Shown here: positions 29,914 through 37,833 of the stretch, piece after piece
Position numbering within the stretch: the stretch's first letter is position 1
Layout of the letters: each line of letters starts with the position of its first letter
NCBI GenBank assembly: GCA_043824255.1
Contig: JBDRTG010000010.1
Location: 1 to 37,833, forward strand
Direction: 5' to 3'
Origin: a bacterium
GTDB taxonomy: Bacteria; JAHJDO01
Length of the DNA: 37,833 nucleotides
The notes under the pieces: generated by a model
Database searches by the model: none
What the model was told of the DNA's origin: nothing
The model's input: the letters and a program-made list of their open reading frames with translations, nothing else
Position numbers and translations under genes: made by a program

Positions 29914-30819
29914 ATGTTCATTGATATTCATGCTCACGCGTATCGGAATCATCCGCCCATATTGGTTCAGTTCTGTACCGCGGAGCAAGTGATTGAGCGC
30001 TACGACGAGGTCGGGATCAAGAAAGGGGCGTTGCTGCCAATCGTCAGTCCCGAAATCTATCTTCCACAATCCAACGAGGATATCCTTGAGATGGTGGAGC
30101 AGTTTCCTGACCGATTTGTTCCATTCTGCAACATTGACCCGCGAGCCATGACGAACTCGGCCGATGCGCCGCTTGACCGTCTGCTACGATACTATCGCGA
30201 CAAGGGGTGCAAAGGTCTCGGCGAGGTGATGCTGAACGTGCCAGTTATGGATCCCATGGTCCAGAATCTGTTCAAGCACGCCCAGGATGTAGGACTTCCG
30301 GTCATATTCGACGGCTCCGATCAGGTTGGCGGTGATTTTGGATTATACGACGACCCCGGGTTGCCGCAACTTGAGCATACATTACGAAAGTTCCCGAAAC
30401 TCATCATCCTTGGTCATGGCCCTGTGTTCTGGGCTGAGATTAGTCGGTTGGAAACGCCTGCCGACAGGAGCTTCGTATTTCGCCCAGTTGGAGGACAGGT
30501 CGGGCGTCTCCCAACGTATCTGATCAAGGAAGAGGGTGTCGTTCCTAAACTCTTTCGCAGGTATCCGAACATGTATGGCGATCTGTCGGACGCGACCGCC
30601 TGTAATGCACTGGCTCGCGATCCTGAGTACGGACCCAAGTTCCTGACCGAGTTTCAGGATCGCCTCTTGTTCGGCACGGACATTTGCCGATTTAACACGC
30701 CTTTCCCTCTCGTTGACCTACTTCTTGAATGGCGGGACACGAGGAAGATCAGCGAGGAGGTCTTCAGCAAGGTTGCCAGAAAAAACGCGGAGAAGCTTCT
30801 TGGACTTGAAAACAATTGA
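29914..30819 (+). CDS. Amidohydrolase family protein (Amidohydro_2)
   Basis: IDIHAH, GLGE, ILGH, DLS, RLLFGTD and NAEKLL. Visibly more GC-rich than its neighbours. Confidence 0.88.
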   Translation: MFIDIHAHAYRNHPPILVQFCTAEQVIERYDEVGIKKGALLPIVSPEIYLPQSNEDILEMVEQFPDRFVPFCNIDPRAMTNSADAPLDRLLRYYRDKGCKGLGEVMLNVPVMDPMVQNLFKHAQDVGLPVIFDGSDQVGGDFGLYDDPGLPQLEHTLRKFPKLIILGHGPVFWAEISRLETPADRSFVFRPVGGQVGRLPTYLIKEEGVVPKLFRRYPNMYGDLSDATACNALARDPEYGPKFLTEFQDRLLFGTDICRFNTPFPLVDLLLEWRDTRKISEEVFSKVARKNAEKLLGLENN

Positions 30820-30908
30820 GTTCATAAAAGAAGGAGTTATAGCAAAAGATGTTGTGAACAAATTCTTTAACTTTGTGAAATCAAAGGAAGGAGACAAAGC
30901 CATATATG
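30800..30908 (+). pseudogene. Remnant of the M24 gene (homologous to 26147-26268)
   Basis: Reads TIEFIKEGVIAKDVVNKFFNFVKSK versus TIEFIKEGVPAKDVVNKFFDFVKSK. Confidence 0.93.
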
Positions 30909-32147
30909 AATAGTAATTATACTATCGTACACGAACATATAAAAAAAATAATGCCTATTTTAGAAAAACCTCCTATGAAAGGATTAATATATCCGTATCT
31001 TTCTATTACGCACGGCAAACACTATGCTGATACAATTTTCTGCTGGGACAATCATCATATGGCAATGCGGTTTGCATATTCAGGAAAACCGGAGTATTTT
31101 AAGTATTTAATAGACAATGTGTTACATTATCAAGGTAGTGACGGTTACGTACCTAATTGTATTCATAAAAATGATGGACCTTCTTGTTTTAGTCCAAGAT
31201 TTCATGCCCAGCCATTCTTAATGCAAGGGGCATTAATGTATTTGTCTCAAACCAATGATTTACAATGGATAAAGAAGCAGTTTATCAAACTAAAAAATTA
31301 CCTAAAATATTACGAAACTCATTACAAGACTCCATATAATCTCTTTCGTTGGCCTGTTTCATGGATGGGCGGTATTGATAATGACGTGGTAACGACGTTC
31401 TTCCAGCCAGACACAATTATCCCGGTAGACATAAATGCATGGATATATCTGGAATATCGTGCTGCGGCTATTCTAGCAGGTAAATTAAATAAAAAGGGGA
31501 GTCATAATATTTTTCATAAGAAAGCAAAAGAATTACGCATAAATATTAATAACGTTCTGTGGTATGACGAGGTCAAATCCTATTCAGCCTATAATCTGTG
31601 TACTGGTAAACACCAATTCCATTATAAGGATATTTCTGCATCAAGGGGCTATTATGCATTTCAGTCATGTTCAAATTTAATCCCATTATATGCCAGAATA
31701 CCTGATGAGAAGAAAGCAAGATTGATGATTCAACAGTATGTCATAAATGAAGAGCATTTCTTAAGTCCATACGGAATACGCAGTTTGTCAAAATCAAGTG
31801 AATATTATAATAATGCTGTCTGGGGCAATCCTCCACGTTTTGGTAATCATAAAAGGCTTACTAACTCAAACTGGCAGGGACCTGTCTGGATACCTCTTTC
31901 ATATTTTATGTTTCATGCACTTCTATATTATGGATTTAAGAAAGAGGCAAAAAATCTTGCTGACCGGACACTATATGTGCTGGCTTCATCTATTAAGAAA
32001 ATTGGTTCATTCACAGAAAATTATCATGCAGAAACAGGTGTCCCGCTGTATGCATCAGAAATGGCATCATGGGACATCCTAGCAGATATAATGAATAAAG
32101 AGATGGATGAAAATAAGTGGATAATGAATCCTGTTTTTGATAAATAA
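30906..32147 (+). CDS. GH63/trehalase-like (alpha/alpha)6 glycoside hydrolase
   Basis: FCWD, QPF, GIDND, YGIRSLSK, WQGPVW and ENY; AT-rich. Confidence 0.8.
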   Translation: MNSNYTIVHEHIKKIMPILEKPPMKGLIYPYLSITHGKHYADTIFCWDNHHMAMRFAYSGKPEYFKYLIDNVLHYQGSDGYVPNCIHKNDGPSCFSPRFHAQPFLMQGALMYLSQTNDLQWIKKQFIKLKNYLKYYETHYKTPYNLFRWPVSWMGGIDNDVVTTFFQPDTIIPVDINAWIYLEYRAAAILAGKLNKKGSHNIFHKKAKELRININNVLWYDEVKSYSAYNLCTGKHQFHYKDISASRGYYAFQSCSNLIPLYARIPDEKKARLMIQQYVINEEHFLSPYGIRSLSKSSEYYNNAVWGNPPRFGNHKRLTNSNWQGPVWIPLSYFMFHALLYYGFKKEAKNLADRTLYVLASSIKKIGSFTENYHAETGVPLYASEMASWDILADIMNKEMDENKWIMNPVFDK

Positions 32148-32233
32148 GAAAAATGGGATTAGGGTCACAAAAAACGGCACAGAACTTATGTCTGATAAGG
32201 AAAAGAGAATCATAGAAATTTAAATGGAGAAAA
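32148..32233 (+). pseudogene. Remnant of the M24 gene 3' end and trailer (homologous to 26404-26490)
   Basis: Reads NGIRVTKNGTELMSDKEKRIIEI* versus NGIRVTKDGAELMSAQEMRIIEI*; both are followed by ATGG..AAAAG. Confidence 0.93.
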
Positions 32234-32237
32234 GGAT

Positions 32238-34382
32238 ATGAGTAACAAAATACTGAATGAAAAGAATTATGAATTTCGCAGACGTCTTGATGTTGTTCAT
32301 TTACCCGATAGACGTAATTTTAATTTAAAGCATGAAAAAGATGAAGTTATTGTTGAAGAGGGCTGGAGCGTCGTCATTAGTAAGAAAGCCACACAACTTG
32401 TTTTGAATGTGGCAAAGGACTTACAGGATTATCTGCTGGTTAGTATGAATGTATCTGTCTTACTTGAAAGGGTTGACAATGTGGCATCTGTAGCACAGCA
32501 AGGTTCGAAAACTATTATTCTCACCACTAAAGAAGAATTGCCCAAACTTGGAGATAAACTGTCTGTTCCGCGCAGCTACCGTATCATTTGCTCTCAAGAG
32601 CGAGTGATAGTATGCGGAAACGAGGATCGTGGAGTAGGGCAGGGTAGCTATTATCTTGAAGACTTAATGAACCTGCGGGAAGCGCCGATTTTGCAGCACA
32701 TGGATGTAATCCGAAAACCGGTTTTTTCACCAAGAATGACTCATTCTGGCTGGGGTTTTGACCAGTTTCCTGATAATTATCTAAATCTGGTTGCACATGC
32801 TGGGATGGATTCAATTCTTCTTTTTGTAAAGGGTGTAGATCAGACGGCGTTAGGATATCAGGACTTCAATAATCTGGTCGACCGTGCAGCTCGTTTTGGA
32901 TTGGATGTCTATTTTTATAGTTATTTAAAGAGTCTGAAGCATCCTGATGACGCTGATGCAGAGTCCTACTATGAGAGTACATACGGCGCAATTTTCAAAG
33001 CTTGCCCACGGGCCAAAGGTGTGATACTTGTTGGGGAATCATGTGAGTTTCCAAGCAAGGATCCACATACTACGCAAAGTCTTCAATCGACACCATCAAC
33101 GGATGGTATTCCATTCACAAAGCCAGGTCCATGGATTTGGCCCTGCTATGATTATCCAAAATTGCTCAACATGATAAAGAAAATTGTGCAAAAATATAGT
33201 CCTGATACTGAGATTGTTTTCTGCACGTATAACTGGGGATGGGCACCTGAAAAGGAGAGGTTAAAATTAATTCGAGCTCTTCCAGGAGATATCACATTGC
33301 TTATTATTTTCGAGATGTTTGAGCAAATCAAGAGAGAGGGGATAACAAACGCCTGTATGGATTATACAATTTCATTTGAGGGTCCCGGCAAATATTTCGC
33401 CAGTGAAGCTAAGGTTGCACACGAGCGTGGCATTCGGCTTTATACAATGAGTAATACTGGAGGACTTACCTGGGATTACGGGGTGATTCCATACGAGCCC
33501 GTGCCCTATCAATGGGCGCGTCGATATAACGAATTGATCAGTGCTAATAAAAAGTGGGGATTGTCAGGATTAATGGAGTCACATCATTATGGCTGGTGGC
33601 CCTCTTTTGTCAGTGAATTGGCAAAATGGGCATTCTGGAGTCCGAGTTCATCTATTGATAAGATTTCTGAGAAAATAGCTCAACGTGATTTTGGGAAAGA
33701 AGCAGCTTCGCAGGTGTTGAAGGCATGGAAGTATTGGAGTGAAGCAATCCAAGACTATGTTGTTACTAATGAGGATCAATATGGGCCATTCCGCATCGGG
33801 CCATCTTTTCCTCTGGTTTTTCAAGAAGATGTAAAGATTCCAAGTAGTTGCTATGCGCATTTTGGCAGAAGTATTATTCGTACTAACTATAAATCATCCT
33901 ACCGCCCATTCAGGAATTGTATTCAATCCCATCGTCCAGGCCGTGTTGATGTGGAAATTAGAACCTTGCGGAAAATGGTATTCCGCTGGCAAAAAGGCGT
34001 TGAATGCATGCAAAAAGCGGTAGATATAGTTCCAGAGAAAAAACGTTCAAATGCTGGAAGGCTTCTAAGCCTGGGATGTTTCATGCTTAACTCTACACTT
34101 ACAGCTATACATGTAAAAAGTTGGTGGAAGTTGAATAATCTCCTGGCAAACGAACCAAATCCTAAGAAGGTACATTCTATTTTGAATGAGATGACAAAGA
34201 TTGCTAAGAAGGAAATCGCTAATGCAAAAGCTACTATTCCGCTTGTAGAAACGGACTCTCGTCTCGGATGGGAACCAAGCATGGAATATATGACTGATAA
34301 GGCACATCTGGAATGGAAGATAAGACAAGTGAGAAGTGTTCTAGAAAATGAAATTCCACAATATCGTAAATTGCTCTGGTAA
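32238..34382 (+). CDS. Putative glycoside hydrolase (GH20/GH67 domain-2-like N-terminus plus barrel), family unassigned
   Basis: SYRIIC...VIVCG.EDRGV.QG.Y.L followed by P.F.PR; no signal peptide. Confidence 0.5.
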   Translation: MSNKILNEKNYEFRRRLDVVHLPDRRNFNLKHEKDEVIVEEGWSVVISKKATQLVLNVAKDLQDYLLVSMNVSVLLERVDNVASVAQQGSKTIILTTKEELPKLGDKLSVPRSYRIICSQERVIVCGNEDRGVGQGSYYLEDLMNLREAPILQHMDVIRKPVFSPRMTHSGWGFDQFPDNYLNLVAHAGMDSILLFVKGVDQTALGYQDFNNLVDRAARFGLDVYFYSYLKSLKHPDDADAESYYESTYGAIFKACPRAKGVILVGESCEFPSKDPHTTQSLQSTPSTDGIPFTKPGPWIWPCYDYPKLLNMIKKIVQKYSPDTEIVFCTYNWGWAPEKERLKLIRALPGDITLLIIFEMFEQIKREGITNACMDYTISFEGPGKYFASEAKVAHERGIRLYTMSNTGGLTWDYGVIPYEPVPYQWARRYNELISANKKWGLSGLMESHHYGWWPSFVSELAKWAFWSPSSSIDKISEKIAQRDFGKEAASQVLKAWKYWSEAIQDYVVTNEDQYGPFRIGPSFPLVFQEDVKIPSSCYAHFGRSIIRTNYKSSYRPFRNCIQSHRPGRVDVEIRTLRKMVFRWQKGVECMQKAVDIVPEKKRSNAGRLLSLGCFMLNSTLTAIHVKSWWKLNNLLANEPNPKKVHSILNEMTKIAKKEIANAKATIPLVETDSRLGWEPSMEYMTDKAHLEWKIRQVRSVLENEIPQYRKLLW

Positions 34383-34397
34383 AAAGGATAAAGTGTT

Positions 34398-34772
34398 ATG
34401 GTACAAAAAACGCTGGGTAAAAAAATATGGATGTTTCCTGATGGAGACCTGCCTGTTCCAGGTACAAAAGAACCAAAAGGACATGAATCTTTAATCATCC
34501 TGAATCCAAATAAAAAAAATGCCAAGATTGCGATTACAGTATTTTATGAAGATAAAGATCCAGACAGAATAGAAGATTTAGAAATTTTGGCTGCAAGGGT
34601 TAGATGTTTTAGACTGGATAAGCCTCTAGGTCATAAAAAATACAAAATACCTTTTGGGCAGTATGCATTGATGATAACAAGTTCTGTTCCTGTTATTTGC
34701 CAGATGGGAAGAATGGATATAACACAGCCAAATTTAGCATATTACACAACCATGGGTTTTTCGACGGCATAA
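34398..34772 (+). CDS. ASRT (sensory rhodopsin transducer) family protein
   Basis: GKKIWMFPDG, GHESLIILN, YEDKDP, ARVRC.RLD and SSVPVI.Q..R; 124 aa. Confidence 0.8.
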   Translation: MVQKTLGKKIWMFPDGDLPVPGTKEPKGHESLIILNPNKKNAKIAITVFYEDKDPDRIEDLEILAARVRCFRLDKPLGHKKYKIPFGQYALMITSSVPVICQMGRMDITQPNLAYYTTMGFSTA

Positions 34773-34814
34773 AGGGAGACTAAAAATGGATAAATTTGAA
34801 AACTGGAGGTAACA

Positions 34815-36818
34815 ATGCATAAACCTAAATGGTCTTTATTCTACGATTTTCACACAATGCCTGCTTGCCCGGATGTTGGTAAAAATTTTGATGTTGAAGA
34901 GGTTACGCGCAGAATTAAAAAATGCGGGGTTGATTTTGTAGTCTTTCATGCACGCTGTAATATGGGTATGGCTTACTATAACACAAAGGTAGGCATTAAA
35001 CATCCGTCTTTAAAATTTGATTTATTTGGCGAGCTTGCTAAAGCATGTCAGAAAAAAGATATTGCTCTTTCTGCATATTTAAATGTTGGATTAAGTCACG
35101 AAGAAGCTTTGTTACATCGTGAGTGGTGTGTTATAAGAACTGATGGGCATCTTAACTATAAACCAGACGGAGCTAGCTCCTTTTTTCGTCAGATGTGTTA
35201 TAATACAGGATATAGTGACCATCTTCTTAAAATGATTAAAGAGGTTGTCACAGGATATCCAATTTCCGGTCTTTTCCTTGATTGTTTTCATACCCAGCCT
35301 TGTGTGGGTGTAGAGTGCATGAGAGAGATGAAGGCAAAAGAAGTTGATTGGACCAATGAAAAAGAGTTACATGATTTCAACTACGCAAAAATGCTAAAAA
35401 TGGCAAAACGTATCTCTGATTTTGTCAAAAAATTGAATCCGGATCTCTTAATATATTTTAATGGCATTGATTATGAAGCTCAAAAGGATTTTGGTACGTA
35501 TCTTGAGTTTGAGTGTCTGCCTACAGGTTCATGGGGATATGAACTTCTGCCAGTGGGTACTCGATATCTGCGTACTCTGAAAAAACCCGTACTCAATATG
35601 ACAGGACGTTTTCACAAGAACTGGGGAGACTTCGGTGGTATTCGCACTGAGCCCAGTCTCGAATATGATTGCCTATATGGTATTGCCAATGGAATACGAC
35701 CTACTATTGGCGGGCATTTTCACCCAAGAGGCGATGTCAATCAGGCCGTATTTGACCTCTATGAAAAAGTCTATACTAAACTTCAAAAATTCGAGTCATG
35801 GATAGAGGGGGCAGAAGCTCTTACGGAAATAGCTGTTATCAATCTCATGCCTTATCACGGACGCAGATATCAATCTACAGCTGAAAATAAACTATATTTA
35901 CGCAATCATCATGCTTTAAAAGGAGCAACGCGGATGTTGTGCGAGCTAAATGCGCAGTTTGATATAGTGTCTCATTTTGCCAGTTGGGAAAAATATAAGT
36001 TGTTAATATTCCCTGATTTTATTTTATTTGATGACGAGACTACCAAAAGAATTAGAAAGCATCTGGATAAAGGAGGTTTTATTCTATCTAGCGGCTGGTC
36101 AGGGCTGGACTATGAAGAGGGAAATTTTGTTTTTGATGAGTGGGGATTAAATTTTTTAGGTGAAGATCCTTTTGACCCGGCTTTTATGCATGTAGAGAAA
36201 AAACTTAATAAAGGTATTCCTGATATGCCTGTATGCCTTTATGAGAGAGGAGCAGCAGTTGAGGCAAAGAAAGGGACAGAAGTGCTGGCAAAGATTGTAG
36301 CGCCATACTATAATCATCAGTGGGATGGTGAACATAGCTACGCCTACGTTCCTCCTGATAAAACAACAGATCGTCCAGTAGTAACACGCTGCGAGCAAGT
36401 TGTCCATATTAGCAATCCAGTTTTTTTAAGTTATTATAATGATGCTCCGCTTCCTTTGCGCCAGCTTGTTTCTAATCTATTAGAAAAGCTTATTCCTAAT
36501 CCAATGGTAAAAATCTCGAATTTTCCGTCTTTTGGCAGAGTAACGGTAACAAGTCAGAAAAATCGCAGGATGTGTCATGTTTTGTCTTATTTACCTGAAC
36601 ATCGTGGGGAGAAATGTCATATGATAGAAGAGCCGATTGAATTACGGGATGTTTCTCTCTCTTTACGTCTTGATAATCGTCCACCTGACCGTGTCTATCT
36701 TGCGCCAACTCACCAGGAATTGCGCTTCGAAGTTGTAGATGATTATATTAAAGTTACCGTTCCTTTTGTATCTGGATATTCTATGGTTGTTTTTGAAAAA
36801 AATAATAAGAAAAATTAA
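34815..36818 (+). CDS. GH151-like (GHL6 plus beta-galactosidase trimerisation domain) putative alpha-L-fucosidase
   Basis: DFHT, HPSL..DL, GLFLD, ECLPTGSWGY and MTGRFH..WGDFGG. Confidence 0.75.
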   Translation: MHKPKWSLFYDFHTMPACPDVGKNFDVEEVTRRIKKCGVDFVVFHARCNMGMAYYNTKVGIKHPSLKFDLFGELAKACQKKDIALSAYLNVGLSHEEALLHREWCVIRTDGHLNYKPDGASSFFRQMCYNTGYSDHLLKMIKEVVTGYPISGLFLDCFHTQPCVGVECMREMKAKEVDWTNEKELHDFNYAKMLKMAKRISDFVKKLNPDLLIYFNGIDYEAQKDFGTYLEFECLPTGSWGYELLPVGTRYLRTLKKPVLNMTGRFHKNWGDFGGIRTEPSLEYDCLYGIANGIRPTIGGHFHPRGDVNQAVFDLYEKVYTKLQKFESWIEGAEALTEIAVINLMPYHGRRYQSTAENKLYLRNHHALKGATRMLCELNAQFDIVSHFASWEKYKLLIFPDFILFDDETTKRIRKHLDKGGFILSSGWSGLDYEEGNFVFDEWGLNFLGEDPFDPAFMHVEKKLNKGIPDMPVCLYERGAAVEAKKGTEVLAKIVAPYYNHQWDGEHSYAYVPPDKTTDRPVVTRCEQVVHISNPVFLSYYNDAPLPLRQLVSNLLEKLIPNPMVKISNFPSFGRVTVTSQKNRRMCHVLSYLPEHRGEKCHMIEEPIELRDVSLSLRLDNRPPDRVYLAPTHQELRFEVVDDYIKVTVPFVSGYSMVVFEKNNKKN

Positions 36819-36838
36819 ATAAAAACATAGGAGTTAAA

Positions 36839-37582
36839 ATGCGATATGAGATGATGTTTCCATATCAAATAAGAAAAGCAATCAACGAATCATGGCCTGT
36901 TGTGCTTTCTGTAGGTGTTTTGGAATATCATGCAGAACATTGTGTTGTAGGAGTTGATACACTCCTAGTTGTTAAGGCTGTTGAGGTACTGGAGAAGGAA
37001 ATGGATATGGTTGTTTTGCCACCGTTTTATTACGGAGCAGCTAGCCATGCTGTTGAACCCCCAGAAGATAATGGTTCAGTGCAGATAGATTCAAATGCTA
37101 TTCATCCTTTTGCGCGCGAGCTGTTTAGAAGTCTGCTGAGAATTGGTTTCAGAAATATTCATATTTTTATTCATCACCAGAGTGAAAACTTTTCTGCAGG
37201 AATGCCCACTGATCTAGCATTTAAGCTTGCAGCACGACAGATGATATTCGAATTCATTGAGAAAGAAAAAGGTGAAGGATGGTGGGGAAGCAATAGTATG
37301 GAGAATTATTATACTGAACATGCTTTAGAAACTGATCCATTTAGCTGGATTAAGTTTCACCCATTTATGGATGAAGAGACTCAAAAGAAGTATCCAGTAG
37401 ATCATGCAGGATTGCAGGAAACATCTCTAATGATGGCGTTTTGTCCTGAGGGGGTGGATATGAATAAATTGTCTGAGGAGAAATGGTACTGCAAACATGC
37501 AAAAGAAGCAAATCTGGAATATGGAAATGCTGCAAAGAAAATGATTCTGGATAGAATGCGCAGTATTCTTAGAAATGGATAA
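36839..37582 (+). CDS. Creatininase/mycofactocin MftE-fold amidohydrolase
   Basis: GVLEYHAEH...GVD, PPFYYG and DHAG..ETS. Confidence 0.85.
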   Translation: MRYEMMFPYQIRKAINESWPVVLSVGVLEYHAEHCVVGVDTLLVVKAVEVLEKEMDMVVLPPFYYGAASHAVEPPEDNGSVQIDSNAIHPFARELFRSLLRIGFRNIHIFIHHQSENFSAGMPTDLAFKLAARQMIFEFIEKEKGEGWWGSNSMENYYTEHALETDPFSWIKFHPFMDEETQKKYPVDHAGLQETSLMMAFCPEGVDMNKLSEEKWYCKHAKEANLEYGNAAKKMILDRMRSILRNG

Positions 37583-37605
37583 TAACAAAAAAGGGAGGGT
37601 AGTAT

Positions 37606-37833
37606 CATGTTTACAAGAGCAGTCAGAAAAAGCAAAAGTCTTTTATTGTCAATGGCGCTGTTGGTATGTATGAGCTGGACAGGATGGAATGCAGGGGCGC
37701 AGGAAAAAGAGGAAATTAATTTAGTAAAGAATGGTGATTTTGAACAGGGAATAGCAGGCTGGAAAACCTATCGTACTAAAGATCCAAAGTCAGCTCTCAG
37801 CCAGTCCTCAGAAGAGGCCTATTCTGGACTTTA
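37606..37833 (+). CDS. Secreted protein with CBM4/9-like N-terminal domain (partial, runs off the window)
   Basis: MFTRAVRKSKSLLLSMALLVCMSWTGWNAGA|QEKEEINLVKNGDFEQGIAGW; RBS GGAGG; absent from the ORF track. Confidence 0.75.

Noticed and set aside
30713..30913. 66-aa ORF with a peptidase-like tail
   Set aside because: A chance frame fusing amidohydrolase off-frame sequence to the M24 remnant; not a gene.
34773..34814. Spacer AAATGGATAAATTTGAAAACT resembling the M24 trailer at 26477-26500
   Set aside because: Too short and A-rich to distinguish from chance.
1..37833. CRISPR array, integron attC sites, tRNA/rRNA genes, intrinsic terminators
   Set aside because: No regularly spaced repeats, no conserved attC-like palindromes between genes, no RNA gene signatures, and no clear GC hairpin plus U-tract seen.

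Overview
Low-GC bacterial window (roughly 35-40% GC by eye). The DUF1559/H-X9-DG-type prepilin and the VWA-GATase gene suggest a PVC-like lineage (inference). A small housekeeping backbone (class I/II aminotransferase, uvrA, DUF3109, VWA-GATase protein, LacI regulator, M24-family hydrolase) is interleaved with three carbohydrate-utilisation blocks. Block 1 is a GntR/LacI regulator, a prepilin and two large secreted glycoside-hydrolase-like proteins. Block 2 is a Gfo/Idh/MocA oxidoreductase, class II aldolase, fucose/arabinose-type isomerase, GH38, D-lyxose/mannose isomerase and FGGY kinase, running directly into uvrA. Block 3 is LacI, M24, DUF4450-like, amidohydrolase, GH63-like, an unknown GH, ASRT, GH151-like, creatininase-like and a secreted CBM protein. 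No transporter gene is present. The most unusual signal is in the spacers: several are decayed, mostly collinear pieces of second copies of neighbouring backbone genes (aminotransferase promoter and 5' end, uvrA 5' end, M24 3' end). They are enriched in synonymous differences, and the sugar genes are joined to them at or near their start and stop codons. This suggests the operons were built by swapping ORFs into a homologous scaffold. The window also holds the left end of an IS1202/ISNCY-like element, a related 101-bp MITE with a 7-bp target duplication in the duplicated promoter, a transposase fragment and a prepilin pseudogene.
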